Positions 30,461 through 41,619 of a DNA stretch of 64,000 nt are shown piece after piece. This DNA is from Roseibacillus sp. (GTDB lineage Bacteria; Verrucomicrobiota; Verrucomicrobiia; Verrucomicrobiales; Akkermansiaceae): contig JBPOGI010000001.1 of the NCBI GenBank assembly GCA_051251855.1, forward strand, positions 1,248,001-1,312,000, written 5' to 3'. Both the position numbers and the translations under genes were made by a program. A model generated the notes under the pieces. That model was not told where the DNA came from. It worked only from the letters and a program-made list of their open reading frames with translations, and did no database searches. Positions within the stretch are counted from its first letter, which is position 1. Every line of letters begins with the position of its first letter.

Positions 30461-31088
30461 TGGCTGCTGGTGAATTGGGCACGTTCAGCTTCTCGAAGAT
30501 ATGAGCAATGTGATTGGCCACCGTTTTGTGGCTGATATTGAGTTGTTCGGCGATTTCCTTCCTCGCTAGGCCTTGACTAATGAGCGAAAGAATCTCTCTT
30601 TCCCGATCTGATAAAACGGAGTCGCCATGGGCCTGTTCTTCTCTGAAAGTATTCAGAAGAAAGAGGGCCATTCTCGGGTCTACCGAAGCCCCTCCCCTCG
30701 CTACACTTTCAATCCCAGTTCGCAACTCTTGAATTGACGAGGACTTCAACAAGTATCCTGCCGCTCCCAGTCTAATAGCGTTCAAAACATCAGCTTCGTT
30801 TTCTGACTGCGTGAGAATCAAAATCTTCGACTCCGGAGTGAGTCTAGCCAGCTCTGGCAACGCCTCTAGCCCAGAAATCCCTGGCAAGTTCAGATCGAGT
30901 AGTATCACATCTGGGACGGCACAAGCGGCCTTATTCTCAAGGCTACGCAAAGCCTGCTCCGCTGTCCCGAACATGCCAACAAGATCGATCGCAGGATCGT
31001 CCCGAAAGGCAAATTGAATGACGTGACGATATTCATCACTGTCTTCCACTAGCACGAGTTTTGTTTTCTCTTTCGTTACCTCAATCAT
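30417..31088 (-). CDS. NarL/LuxR-family response regulator
   Basis: Receiver domain (LVEDS, DVILLDLNLPG, GYLLK) plus LuxR HTH (LSDREREIL...TVANHIAHIFEKL). Confidence 0.95.
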   Translation of the reverse strand: MIEVTKEKTKLVLVEDSDEYRHVIQFAFRDDPAIDLVGMFGTAEQALRSLENKAACAVPDVILLDLNLPGISGLEALPELARLTPESKILILTQSENEADVLNAIRLGAAGYLLKSSSIQELRTGIESVARGGASVDPRMALFLLNTFREEQAHGDSVLSDREREILSLISQGLARKEIAEQLNISHKTVANHIAHIFEKLNVPNSPAAINKAHQMGLLRNDR

Positions 31089-31095
31089 AGTCAGT

Positions 31096-33081
31096 TCATA
31101 AGAATCTACGGCGGGACTTCAACTTCAGAGAGATACTCGAACCTCCCTGGCGCGGTGTTTCGATCATCACCTTCGATCCCAGATACCGAGCTCTGCGCGC
31201 AAGTGAAGGCGGAACGGCACCCTGCTCGCTATCGTGAATTCCTCGCCCATTATCAGAGATACTCAGGTGAACCTTACGCTTATCAGCCTCGATCCGAATG
31301 GTCACTTCAGTGGCATCAGCATGGCGGTTCACGTTGATAAGACATTCTTTGAAAAAGAGGAAGAAGTCGGAGCGTACCCGGGGCTTCAATTGCTGGAGAA
31401 GCTCCTCACCTTCGACCTCAAAGGTGTAACTGAGATTAGCAATCATTCGACCCGCCGTCCTCTTGAGATCTCCCAAGAGATTTTCATGGGCCTCCTTTGC
31501 GGATTGCTGGTTACAGAAATCCCGAGTGGCATCACCTGCTCGCTGGGTCATCAACCCGATTTCATCCAAGGCCTTGGTCAACTTGTCCGGCGAATCAACG
31601 ATATCTTTGGTGTGAGAACTCAAAATACCAATCGCATGCAAACTGGCACCAACATGGTCATGAAGATCAGCCGTGAAGCGCTCTCGAATACGAGCAGCCT
31701 CACGGACCCGAAGGTGCCTACCCACCAGTATTGATACCGCCACCAATACTGCCAGCGCGATAATGAGACGCTTCAAGAGCAAAAGAGTTTCCTGTTGCTT
31801 ATCGTAGAGCGCATCGAGACGTATACTGACAAGAGCAAGCTCCTTCTCCAAATCGTGGCGCCTTGCGAGCTGATTCATCCAAGAGCGAATCGGCAGAACA
31901 ACACCGTAGACATTGTAGCCATCGGTTAACTTGCTCAAACTCGATTTTTCATTTTCGGTCGCTTTGATGGGACCTTTCGATTGCGCTACGTTTCGTCCTT
32001 CAGCCAAAATTTCGATTTCGGCAAAACCAATCTTGTTGCTTCCTCGGTAGGCAAAAAAGCGCTCCCCCTCCACTGCGTCAGAATTCCCCTTAATTCGTAT
32101 ATAACGACATGGCGTCGATGGAATATTCCACATCAGAATGGGCCCAAACTCTCCGATATCTCGAAACTTATGCTCCAGAAGCAAAGTCGAATCCGAAAAA
32201 TCCAGCTTCCGAGCCCCTTCAATCACGATGACGCTGGGGATTCCCATATTCACGTTGAATTCCGGAGGCGCACTTTTGCTTTGATACGCGGCATGGAGAT
32301 GAATTCCCGAAACAGGATACTCCTCTTCCAAATCAAGAGTGAGAAATGGGTCCTCATTCAAATCTTGAAAATGGGCACTCCTTTCACGTCCCTGAGCCGA
32401 ATCCATTAAGTAGGGCATTCCTCCATCAACAATGCGGTTCGGCTTCCAGATTCCACTGTTGAGCGGAACTTCCGAGGCCGAAATAGCTGTTTGATGAAGA
32501 GCGACATTTTTTTCCCCACTGAAAACCAAGATTTCGGAAAGTTGAAAAATGTATCTCCGGTCGCGTTCTCGTGAAGTCAGTATGGTGGGTTCAATTCGAA
32601 CCCATGAGGCACGAACTTTTGGCAAAGGCACCACAACGGGGGCAACTCGCGGCAACAGCTGATCGGTCTCGTCAAATTCAGCCACAATTCTGCCGGACTC
32701 TTCACCCTCTATTCCAACAATGACTCGAAAGGCTTCTGGAAAACCATCGGAACGATAGCCCTCCTCATCGCCATAACGCCACAGGGTTGGTACCAGTATG
32801 ACTTCGTTAATGGAGACTTCCTCTTCGAAATCAACTTGTATCCATTCCCCTTCGATATTGGGACTGTCTTGTGGGAAAGATCGGTAACCTGAAGTCCCCA
32901 ATGCTCCGGTCCGGAGATTAATCACGGCAAGCTGTTCCAACTCGGCTTTGATCGAGTCCTTCCTCTCCTCGAGTTCTGAAATTGTCCCCACGTTGAGTGG
33001 TTCAGCATAAAGTCCTCCGGTCATGAAGAGGACTCTAAACAGCAGAGCGAGAGTCACTAGTATGGAAGTGGGAGCAGTCAT
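31096..33081 (-). CDS. HisKA_3 sensor histidine kinase with two extracytoplasmic discoidin/F5-8-like domains
   Basis: ADLHDHVGASL, ECLINVNRHA and DNGRG. Repeated WIQVDF/FLTLDL...RYIRI...LSEI/FAEIEI.....NVA modules. One TM before the kinase domain. Confidence 0.88.
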   Translation of the reverse strand: MTAPTSILVTLALLFRVLFMTGGLYAEPLNVGTISELEERKDSIKAELEQLAVINLRTGALGTSGYRSFPQDSPNIEGEWIQVDFEEEVSINEVILVPTLWRYGDEEGYRSDGFPEAFRVIVGIEGEESGRIVAEFDETDQLLPRVAPVVVPLPKVRASWVRIEPTILTSRERDRRYIFQLSEILVFSGEKNVALHQTAISASEVPLNSGIWKPNRIVDGGMPYLMDSAQGRERSAHFQDLNEDPFLTLDLEEEYPVSGIHLHAAYQSKSAPPEFNVNMGIPSVIVIEGARKLDFSDSTLLLEHKFRDIGEFGPILMWNIPSTPCRYIRIKGNSDAVEGERFFAYRGSNKIGFAEIEILAEGRNVAQSKGPIKATENEKSSLSKLTDGYNVYGVVLPIRSWMNQLARRHDLEKELALVSIRLDALYDKQQETLLLLKRLIIALAVLVAVSILVGRHLRVREAARIRERFTADLHDHVGASLHAIGILSSHTKDIVDSPDKLTKALDEIGLMTQRAGDATRDFCNQQSAKEAHENLLGDLKRTAGRMIANLSYTFEVEGEELLQQLKPRVRSDFFLFFKECLINVNRHADATEVTIRIEADKRKVHLSISDNGRGIHDSEQGAVPPSLARRARYLGSKVMIETPRQGGSSISLKLKSRRRFL

Positions 33082-33149
33082 TCTTGTCGTCGTTCTTTCA
33101 ACCTCGCGACAGCGGACCAGAATCTTACTCTGCAGAAACGAAAATAGCC

Positions 33150-33195
33150 ATAGGACAAAAGACCCATAGACGAGAAACAGGGGGAGACATAATCT
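33150..33195 (+). promoter_or_regulatory. Conserved operator plus sigma70-like promoter (copy 1)
   Basis: ATAGGACAAAAGACCCATAGACG (33150-33172), then a 17-nt spacer and TAATCT. Nearly identical to the copies at 41500 and 43565. Confidence 0.7.
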
Positions 33196-33320
33196 CAGAA
33201 CCGGAAATCGGCTATCGAGCTTGTCCGGCTATGAAATTTGCTGTCCTGCGATACGACTGTTCTAAAAACGGCCTCTTCCAAGGTGGTCCTCCCAATTCCT
33301 TCAGCTTTACCAAAATTCGT

Positions 33321-36300
33321 TTGAAAACCAGCCCCTTCCCAATTCTTCCAATCAACCTTCTAAGGGTCCTCTCCATTCAATTTGCGGCCTTAACGACCGC
33401 CTCTGCCCTTGATTTTAACTGGGATAATAGCGCCGCAGACAATGACTACTCAAATCCCTCAAACTGGGAGGGAAACGTCGCCCCCACAGCAGGGAGCAGT
33501 AACTACGTAGTCATTGACCGAGCGGGTTCCGACAAAGCCATTTTCAGCGGTGGCACAGGACCAAACCTCGCCGGCCTTCGAATTGGCTACAACGGCACCG
33601 ATGGCGAGCTCCATCAGACAGGTGGCACCCTCAACTTCACCGCCAATACCGGAGGAGCCACTCGCATCGGACGCAACGGGGAGGTGGGCACCTACCTCAT
33701 GACGGGGGGAACAGCCACCATCAACGCCGTCCAACTGGGTCTCGGCAGCAGTGGTGCAGGTAATATCACCATCTCCGGCGGCGACATGACCATCTCCCGA
33801 GGAGCGGGAACGGGAAGTTCCAGCCTCATCGTCGATTTCGGGAGTGGCAGCACGGAAGGCAACTTCGAAATCTCTGGTGGCTCTTTAGAAACCCGCACCG
33901 ATGTCATCATTGGTAACAACGGTACTTTTTCAGTACTCGGCAGCGATGCCACGAGCATCAACATCGGCACCCTCAGCTCCCTCGATGGTCAGTGGACTCA
34001 AGAAGCCGGCGGTACCCTGCGGGGTCGCATCGCGGACACCCCCGCAGGCATCACCAAGATTTTCATCGATGACAAGGGCGATGCCGGTGACGGCGATGGC
34101 AATGTCACCTTCGGGGAAGGCGCTCTGTTAGACATCGGGTTTCTTGATGCCAGTGTCGAGGGAGAGTGGGACCTCATGAGTTGGGAAGGTATCCTCACTG
34201 ACAACGGACTCACCCTTGCCCCCGGAGTCGATCCCTCCATCTGGAGTTTCGACTTCATCGATACTAATTCTTCCGGAACACCGGACACCTTAAGGGTGAA
34301 AACGAGTAGCATCGTGGAGAGCGCGGAATACACCTACGATGCCAATGCTGGAAACGTTAACATGAGCTCGGTCTCTGGCGCCTACAGTGACGACGCTAGC
34401 GCCACGGATGCTATCAACGACGGCAACCCTACCTTCGCTTCCGAAGTCCAAACCACGGGAGTCAACTTTGGCCCCACGGGACTGAATGACGGCACAGCCT
34501 TGGGCACCGGAAATGTCCTCAACACCTACTACGACAACATCAAATTTCCTGCCACGGTGACCTTTGCCTTAGACACCACTCTCGTGCCGACAGGCTACGA
34601 TATCACCGGCATCACGACCATTGCCGGTTGGGAAAAGAACGGAGCCAACCTCGCTAATCAGGTTTATGAGGTTTGGATTAGCGCAGTCGGCGATCCAAAT
34701 TTCTACCTCCTCCACACAGTGGACTACAAGCCCTTCACCAGCACCGGACTGAATGGCAACACCGCTTCGACGAAGGTCAACCTCGCCAGTAGCGGCGGGA
34801 TTCTCGCCAATGGAGTCGATGAGATCCGCTTCATTTTCCTCGATGATGGTGAGAACTTCGCATTGGTAGATGGCACCGTCTATCAGGAGATTGATATCTT
34901 CAGCTCCACTACCCCTCCACCCGTTTTGGTGATGAGCGAAATGTTCAGCGACTCCATGGTTCTTCAACGCGATGTAGATGTGCCGATTTGGGGTGCAGCC
35001 CCAGCAAACGCAGAAGTCACCGTGGCGCTCGATAGTGTCGTGGTGGCGACCACTACTGCGGACAGTTCGGGAGATTGGATGGCTCAACTCGGCCCCTATC
35101 CCGGCGATGGCGGACAGCCTCATACCCTTACCGTCTCAACTCCTGGAGAAGCGGACGTCGTTCTCACCGACGTGGTCTTCGGGGATGTCTACATTGCTTC
35201 GGGTCAATCGAACATGGCCCGCTCCCTGACCGGCATCGGTGCGAGTTCGGAAATCACCGTCGCGAACTTCCCTCTCATTCGCCAAATTAAAATGGCTGAA
35301 GTCACCTCCTCAAGCGAACAAGATGAGCCCACCGTGCAATACGATTGGACGGTGTGTAGCCCTCCTGTCGCGGGTAACTTTTGTGCAGTCGCTTACTTTT
35401 TTGCCAAGGAACTGCAGGCCGTCACTGGCGAGCCGGTCGGGATCCTGTTTTCGGCTTGGGGTGGTCGAACCATCGAGCGCTTCATCAACCCGCAAGGCCT
35501 GGAAGCCGTCCCCGCCCTCTCTGGTGTGCTGCAGAACCGAGAAGACGGCAACATCTCCCAATACTCCGACATCTACAACGCCATGATCGCTCCGATGAGC
35601 CCTTACGCCGTGCGTGGCGCCCTGTGGTATCAAGGGGAGCAAAACGCAAGCGCTGGTGACGGCGACATTTACCAACTCAAGATGCGAGCCCTCATTCGGG
35701 GCTGGCGCGATCAATGGGGCCAACAAGACTTCTCCTTCTACTGGGTCCAACTCCCCAACTTCATCACCGCTGCAGATTGGCCCCCTCTTCGGGATTCCCA
35801 ACTCAAGGCACTTTCGGAGCCCGACACCGGCATGGCGATCATCATCGACGCAGGCAACAACAACGACATCCACCCCACCAACAAGAAGGATCCCGGAGAA
35901 CGACTCGCCAGCCTCGCCTTAGCTGCCGAATACGAACAATCCAATATATCCAGCGGACCTCTCCTCTACACCTCCACCATCGAAGGCTCTCAGGTTCGGG
36001 TACATTTTGACCATGTCGGGAGCGGACTGTTAGTCGGAACCAAGAGTGGCACCAACGCCGTCGTAGAAACCACCGGAGCCCTGCAAAACTTTGAAATCGC
36101 AGGCGCTGACAAAGTGTTTGTGAGTGCGACCGCATTGATTGACGGAGCAACAGTCCTCGTCTCAAGCCCATCAGCGCCCTCCCCCCTCTACGTGCGCTAT
36201 TGTTACTCCAACGCGCCCACCGGCGGCAACAAGCTCTACAATCACGCGTTGCTTCCAGCCTCCCCCTTTCGCACTGATGTAGACTACGAGCTGGAAGTCT

Positions 36301-37136
36301 ACGCTGGAACCGGAGATGCAACTGGTATGCTCGCCGGAGAAACGCGAACGATCGTCGCCGATTCTCCTCCCTCCGGCATGGTGTTCGACCGCTGGATTGG
36401 GGCTGCCTCCGCGCTGGCCAATCCCAATGCTACTTCGACCACCGTCACCATGCCCGACCACGACCTCTACCTCCTCGCCAGCTACCGAGCATCGAGTGCC
36501 ACGAGCTATCTCGTCACGGTAAACAACGGTTTTGGGGACGGCACTTCTCAAAGTGATTCCCTCATCAACATCGAAGCCCAAGCTCCCGCCGCAGGACTCA
36601 TCTTCGACTACTGGAGCGGAGACACGGCGACTATCGTGAACATGAACGCTCCCGTGACCACCCTGCGCATGCCCTCAGCATATGTTTCCATCACCGCAGT
36701 CTTCAAATCTTTAAGCACGGTTGGCGACGGCATCCCCGACAGTTGGAGAGCTCTCCATTTCGGCGGAGACGGCACCACGACAACCGTTCTATCGACCGCT
36801 GGCGCAGACCCCGATCAAGACGGACAGAACAACCTCGCGGAATACAATGCAGGCACCGATCCCAACGACTCGAATTCAGTCTTCAAGCTCACTCACTTCG
36901 AAGTGAATGCCGAGGAAATCACCATCGACTTCACGACCCAGGCCTTCAATCGCTATCTTCTTCAGAGTAATGTGTCCTTAGCTCCCGAATCTTGGAGTCC
37001 TGAGTCCTACGAACTCATAGGCGATGGGCTGCCTATCCAATTTGAGTTGGTTCCAGGTGCCGAACCCCGTAAATTTTTCCGGATCAGAAGCACCTCCAAT
37101 ACGCCGTCACCTCCCGACGGACTCAATATTCCATGA
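33321..37136 (+). CDS. Large secreted modular sialate O-acetylesterase (SASA/SGNH)-domain protein
   Basis: MFSDSMVLQRD..VPIWG, GDVYIASGQSNM, WYQGEQN, FYWVQLPNF, DIHPTNK and PASPFRTD. N-terminal Gly/Thr-rich beta-helix region. C-terminal DGIPDSW...DPDQDGQNNLAEY..GTDP domain. TTG start at 33321 is uncertain. Confidence 0.85.
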   Translation: MKTSPFPILPINLLRVLSIQFAALTTASALDFNWDNSAADNDYSNPSNWEGNVAPTAGSSNYVVIDRAGSDKAIFSGGTGPNLAGLRIGYNGTDGELHQTGGTLNFTANTGGATRIGRNGEVGTYLMTGGTATINAVQLGLGSSGAGNITISGGDMTISRGAGTGSSSLIVDFGSGSTEGNFEISGGSLETRTDVIIGNNGTFSVLGSDATSINIGTLSSLDGQWTQEAGGTLRGRIADTPAGITKIFIDDKGDAGDGDGNVTFGEGALLDIGFLDASVEGEWDLMSWEGILTDNGLTLAPGVDPSIWSFDFIDTNSSGTPDTLRVKTSSIVESAEYTYDANAGNVNMSSVSGAYSDDASATDAINDGNPTFASEVQTTGVNFGPTGLNDGTALGTGNVLNTYYDNIKFPATVTFALDTTLVPTGYDITGITTIAGWEKNGANLANQVYEVWISAVGDPNFYLLHTVDYKPFTSTGLNGNTASTKVNLASSGGILANGVDEIRFIFLDDGENFALVDGTVYQEIDIFSSTTPPPVLVMSEMFSDSMVLQRDVDVPIWGAAPANAEVTVALDSVVVATTTADSSGDWMAQLGPYPGDGGQPHTLTVSTPGEADVVLTDVVFGDVYIASGQSNMARSLTGIGASSEITVANFPLIRQIKMAEVTSSSEQDEPTVQYDWTVCSPPVAGNFCAVAYFFAKELQAVTGEPVGILFSAWGGRTIERFINPQGLEAVPALSGVLQNREDGNISQYSDIYNAMIAPMSPYAVRGALWYQGEQNASAGDGDIYQLKMRALIRGWRDQWGQQDFSFYWVQLPNFITAADWPPLRDSQLKALSEPDTGMAIIIDAGNNNDIHPTNKKDPGERLASLALAAEYEQSNISSGPLLYTSTIEGSQVRVHFDHVGSGLLVGTKSGTNAVVETTGALQNFEIAGADKVFVSATALIDGATVLVSSPSAPSPLYVRYCYSNAPTGGNKLYNHALLPASPFRTDVDYELEVYAGTGDATGMLAGETRTIVADSPPSGMVFDRWIGAASALANPNATSTTVTMPDHDLYLLASYRASSATSYLVTVNNGFGDGTSQSDSLINIEAQAPAAGLIFDYWSGDTATIVNMNAPVTTLRMPSAYVSITAVFKSLSTVGDGIPDSWRALHFGGDGTTTTVLSTAGADPDQDGQNNLAEYNAGTDPNDSNSVFKLTHFEVNAEEITIDFTTQAFNRYLLQSNVSLAPESWSPESYELIGDGLPIQFELVPGAEPRKFFRIRSTSNTPSPPDGLNIP

Positions 37137-37196
37137 GAATATTCAGCAGCTTTGCCCTGACCAGCCATTACCCCGCAATCGTTCGCTTCCTATAAA

Positions 37197-40100
37197 ATGA
37201 ACTTACGAATCGATCAAGAACCTCAATCTCTCAATAAACTTCGTCGAGTTGAGCCACTGGGCTTTGCCTTGGTTGCCACCATCACCCTGATGATTCTGCT
37301 CAGCCTCATCGCAGTAGGCATCTTGTCACTCTCAGCAACTAGCCTCAGGAAGAGCGGACCCGAATCTGATTTGATAACGGCCCGTTCAAATGCCCGTCTC
37401 AGCGTGATGATTGCCATCAGCCAACTTCAAAAAACACTGGGGCCCGATCAAAGGGCCTCTGCAACAGCGGACCTTACCGTTCCTAATGGTTTTGCAAAAT
37501 GGACGGGAGCCTACGGCAACGAGGAAGTCGCGGACTACTCGCAAGCTCCATCAGCGATTCCCGCAAGCCCCTACAAGCCCGTGCTCCTCAATTGGCTGGT
37601 CAGCGGAAACGAAACGGTCAACTTCGAGTCATCGACCGACGCGACAGACTTTGGTAAAATAACCACCCCGCCCTCTTCAGTCCCATACAGCCCCACCGAC
37701 AGCTCCCCGGGGCTTGGTAGCGGGAATAGCCTGCTGACTATCAACGACACGAGAGCGGCCCTACTCGTCGGAGGAGGTTCCACTGATAGCAGTGCCAACA
37801 CGACTAGCTTGGTCGCTGCACCCATCGTTGAAATCAAGGACTCGCAAGATACGGCCGTCAAAGGAGGCTACGCCTACTGGATCGGTGACGAAGGCGTGAA
37901 AGCGCGAATCGACTTGCGTGATAACTTTCGCCAACAGACCAACTCTGGCGATATCGACGAGGCGAAGAGCTTTAGCTTCCTGACTTCCCAGCGCAGCGGG
38001 ATTGAGACGATGCGAAGGGATGATAACTCAACGAGTAAAATCGGAGAGGACTATGACCCCGACAACAACGGCCTCGAGAAACTGGCTTCGACCGGAGAGT
38101 TCCCGCTTCTCTTTAAAAATCTAACAACGGTCGCGAAGAGGAGATATCATGATCTGACCGCGTATTCGAAAAGCGTGATCGCGGATAGCTACGCTGGTGG
38201 ATTGAAACAGGAAATGGGGGCCCTTATCTATGGCAATGCCGGCCCAGGAGATTCTGAGCCCATCTTCACTCCGGAAAACGCGAGCGATTTCGGCCTCCCG
38301 ACCTGGGGACACCTTCGCAGTTGGGCAAAGCTCACGGCACCTCATGCAACGCCCCCTCCCATTCTTTCATCCTCAGGCGCCAGACCTTACACCCAAAATC
38401 AGTCCCGCTTTGGCCCCGTGATTCTGGTGGCTCAACTCGCCTTCGGGGTCGAACAAGTTCCGGGTACCACAGACGAACTTCGCATCCTCCTTTTCCCCGC
38501 ACTCGTTCTCTGGAATCCTTACACCGTGGGCATACCCTCATCCGACTTTGAAATCGGATACCGATTTATCCCTAATGACTCTGCAGAGGGCACCATGCGC
38601 GTGCAAATGAACAGTCGGGGCTCGTCCTCCCCTCGAGCGGATCCTTGGCAAGAGATCGGATCATGCGATTTGACTGGAGGGGACGCCCAGCTGACCTCCG
38701 GCGACGGATTCTTTCGTTTTCAAGTTCAAGGCTCCGAGATTCCCGCAGGTGAAAGCCATATCTATCTCATCGACTCATCCGGCTCATCATACGAGCCTGG
38801 CAACACCAAGCTCGTTCGAGCACCTGATCGAGCGCCTATTGGCCATCTCACTCGCGCTGTCTACACCTCGACATCCTTCACTTTCGACCAAACTGCATTC
38901 TTCGCTGGTCCCTACGTAAAACTTGATTGTGATCTGGGTCTTTCTCAAGGCATGGCCAATGGAAATCGTTTTGAGGTTGTTTTGACTGATCCGGGAGAAC
39001 TCGCCAGCGGCTTCACCAAAGACACCCCAGTCTATCAGGCTCTTCTGGATATGAACTTCTATCCCCGGTCTGCAGATGTCGTGGCTGCGAAGCAACTTTC
39101 GCTCGCTGACTTGCAAGCGATGTATTTCATGCGCAGCCAAATCATGATGGAGGCACGGGGAGGGTTTGCAGCAGATTGGTCACGTGTCGGAGCCATGAAT
39201 AGCAATGGCAGAGGCGAACGAAACCGATGGATCGCCAGCCAAAACCCAACCGCTCCCTACATCAAACGCACCGCCAATGAGGAAAGCTTGAGAGGAGGAG
39301 CATTCTCGCACGGAAACGTAATCAGTGGAGAAAATGACAACACTCGACACATGTTAGGAATGGCGAGTACCAACAACCACTTGGCTGGAATCGGGGGCGA
39401 CCCTAGTCCAGGAGCCTCCGCATCACTCATCGATGTGCTCCCCTCAGAATTACCCCTCATGTCCCTTGGACAATTCCAGCATGCCCAACTGGATCCCTAT
39501 GGCTTCGGCATGACCTACACTTTTGGGAACGGAGCCGCAAACGTGAACATCCCTCGCACTCAGCAATACGAGTCGGGGCAAGTCGCACCCCCAGGAAACG
39601 CCCCCACCCGCTACTCCGACACTCTCTACGACATGTCTTGGCATACCAACAGAGCCCTTTGGGACCGCTACTTCGTTTCAACGGCTCAACCGTCTCTGAC
39701 CCAATCGGATATCGACAACAACCTCCCCCTCCCAAACGCAAGAATGGAATTCGTGAGAGGAAGTCGAAACAATCCAACGCCCTCAAATTTCCTTCCGAAA
39801 AGCCCACAAGCTCTTTTAGAATCTGCTGCAAACCTCATGGTAAAAGGCGGCTTCAACCTGAATTCAACTTCGGTGGACGCTTGGCGAGCCATTCTAACAG
39901 GAACGAACCAGCTGACAGTCCCTTCCAGCTTAGCCAACCCCCAATATTCCTCCAACCCTCTGAATGCGATGATACCTCGTTTCTCCCGCGACGTGCGGAA
40001 GTCAGATGCCACCAATACCGATGGCCTCACGAATATGTGGAGTGCTTCAAACGCGAGGACAAACATGTATCGTGGAAACCGAGAGCTCTTGCTGTTTCGT

Positions 40101-40745
40101 GAAAACGGGAAGACCAACGAGTCCATAAGCGACGCTCAGGAAAGGCTCCATGAGGTAGCCGACGAGCTCGCTGAGAAAATCGTTGCCGAAATTCGTTTGC
40201 GAGGCCCCTTTCTTTCCATCAGCGATTTTGCGAACCGAAAGCTGGTGAATGAAGACGAGGGCATTCGCGGAACACTGCAAGCAGCCCTCGACAAAATGGA
40301 ATCTAACAAGGTCAATCCAGAAGCCAGCTTCTCCCAAATTGGAGCCTTCGTTAACACGGATACCAAGAACAATGCCGTCCCCGGCTGGGATGGAGAACAC
40401 TACATGGGGACTCCTTCCTCGGAGAGAGGTTCGTCATCGAATTCGCGAACGGCGATGGCACCGAAACACCTGACCCAAGCGGATATCCTTTCCACCATCG
40501 GCCCCTTCCTGAGCGCTCGCTCCGACACCTTCACCATCCGTGGCTACGGAGAGTCCCTTGATGCCAGCGGAAACATCGTTGCGCAAGCATGGTGCGAGGC
40601 CATCGTCCAACGCCAACCCGACTATGTGGATCCCGCTGATGATGCTTGGGTGTCTCCCCAAAATCTCACCCAGTCAGTTAACAAGACCTTCGGCCGTCGC
40701 TTCTCTGTCGTTGCATTCCGCTGGCTATCTGAGAAGGAAATCTAA
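37197..40745 (+). CDS. Verru_Chthon cassette protein A-like / PilX-type large pilin-like protein
   Basis: Prepilin-type N-terminus GFALVATITLMILLSLIAVGILSLS, ARSNAR..LQKTLGPDQR, YAYWIGDEGVKA, and C-terminus ARSDTFTIRGYGE..AWCEAIVQR..FGRRF.VVAFRWL..EI. Confidence 0.78.
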   Translation: MNLRIDQEPQSLNKLRRVEPLGFALVATITLMILLSLIAVGILSLSATSLRKSGPESDLITARSNARLSVMIAISQLQKTLGPDQRASATADLTVPNGFAKWTGAYGNEEVADYSQAPSAIPASPYKPVLLNWLVSGNETVNFESSTDATDFGKITTPPSSVPYSPTDSSPGLGSGNSLLTINDTRAALLVGGGSTDSSANTTSLVAAPIVEIKDSQDTAVKGGYAYWIGDEGVKARIDLRDNFRQQTNSGDIDEAKSFSFLTSQRSGIETMRRDDNSTSKIGEDYDPDNNGLEKLASTGEFPLLFKNLTTVAKRRYHDLTAYSKSVIADSYAGGLKQEMGALIYGNAGPGDSEPIFTPENASDFGLPTWGHLRSWAKLTAPHATPPPILSSSGARPYTQNQSRFGPVILVAQLAFGVEQVPGTTDELRILLFPALVLWNPYTVGIPSSDFEIGYRFIPNDSAEGTMRVQMNSRGSSSPRADPWQEIGSCDLTGGDAQLTSGDGFFRFQVQGSEIPAGESHIYLIDSSGSSYEPGNTKLVRAPDRAPIGHLTRAVYTSTSFTFDQTAFFAGPYVKLDCDLGLSQGMANGNRFEVVLTDPGELASGFTKDTPVYQALLDMNFYPRSADVVAAKQLSLADLQAMYFMRSQIMMEARGGFAADWSRVGAMNSNGRGERNRWIASQNPTAPYIKRTANEESLRGGAFSHGNVISGENDNTRHMLGMASTNNHLAGIGGDPSPGASASLIDVLPSELPLMSLGQFQHAQLDPYGFGMTYTFGNGAANVNIPRTQQYESGQVAPPGNAPTRYSDTLYDMSWHTNRALWDRYFVSTAQPSLTQSDIDNNLPLPNARMEFVRGSRNNPTPSNFLPKSPQALLESAANLMVKGGFNLNSTSVDAWRAILTGTNQLTVPSSLANPQYSSNPLNAMIPRFSRDVRKSDATNTDGLTNMWSASNARTNMYRGNRELLLFRENGKTNESISDAQERLHEVADELAEKIVAEIRLRGPFLSISDFANRKLVNEDEGIRGTLQAALDKMESNKVNPEASFSQIGAFVNTDTKNNAVPGWDGEHYMGTPSSERGSSSNSRTAMAPKHLTQADILSTIGPFLSARSDTFTIRGYGESLDASGNIVAQAWCEAIVQRQPDYVDPADDAWVSPQNLTQSVNKTFGRRFSVVAFRWLSEKEI

Positions 40746-40755
40746 AAAATAACTC

Positions 40756-41496
40756 ATGAACTTTTCCAACCTAATTTCAGCCGCCGCTCTTTTCCTCTTG
40801 GCCTCCGTGCTCCCCTCCTCCGCGCAAGGGGAGCCACAAGACGAGGGAAGCTCCTCCAAACGCACCATGCGGATCATCACCTTCGGAGGACAACTCGACT
40901 CGGTATTTTATGATGACGGCGGCACAAAGACCGAGCTCTTTGCAGGACCAGGCTCCTTCTCTTCCGAGATGCCTATTCCCAAAGACAGGGTTCTGAACCT
41001 CTACCATCAAAACGCCCTTCCTGAAGGTGAAGAGCCCAAAGAATCTCCCCCACAATACAGACAGGTGGGAAGCATTGAAATCCCTCAGGGCTCCAAAGTG
41101 ATCGTCTTGCTGTCGGTCCCTTTGGATCTCAACAAAGCCCCCATCAAGGGACGCGCCTTCAAAGACTCCTACTCCAGCCATCGCGCCCTCACAGCCCGTG
41201 CTTTCAACCTCACTCCCAAGGAAGTGGCGGTCCGCGTGGACAACGAGACCATCTCACTCAAACCAGGCGAAGAGGACCTCATCTCCTGGAAGCCTAAAGC
41301 CTATCACTCGGTCTCCTACCAAGTGGCCACTCGCAACAAGGACAAAACCACCTGGGACCAAGTCGAAAGCGGAGAGGGCGTCAGTCGAGAAGATCTCCGG
41401 ACCTTCTTATTTATCGTAGAAGACCTTTACGAAGATGTTCGCGCCGTCACCGCTTTAGCCGTCTCCGACCCCATTCCTGACGAAGCTAACGACTAA
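40756..41496 (+). CDS. Secreted hypothetical protein (beta-rich), co-transcribed with the pilin-like gene
   Basis: Signal peptide MNFSNLISAAALFLLASVLPSSA. Starts 10 nt after the preceding stop. Confidence 0.7.
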   Translation: MNFSNLISAAALFLLASVLPSSAQGEPQDEGSSSKRTMRIITFGGQLDSVFYDDGGTKTELFAGPGSFSSEMPIPKDRVLNLYHQNALPEGEEPKESPPQYRQVGSIEIPQGSKVIVLLSVPLDLNKAPIKGRAFKDSYSSHRALTARAFNLTPKEVAVRVDNETISLKPGEEDLISWKPKAYHSVSYQVATRNKDKTTWDQVESGEGVSREDLRTFLFIVEDLYEDVRAVTALAVSDPIPDEAND

Positions 41497-41499
41497 GGA

Positions 41500-41545
41500 A
41501 GAGAACAAAAGCCCCATAGACGGAATTCCCATCCTTCCCTACTTT
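41500..41545 (+). promoter_or_regulatory. Conserved operator plus sigma70-like promoter (copy 2)
   Basis: AGAGAACAAAAGCCCCATAGACG (41500-41522), then a 17-nt spacer and TACTTT, upstream of the GH97 gene. Confidence 0.62.
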
Positions 41546-41619
41546 GCCCCCTCCCTTCTGATAAGCCTCGCCTCTTTGACCACTTTCAAACTCAAATCTC
41601 ATTCATCAAAACAATAGAC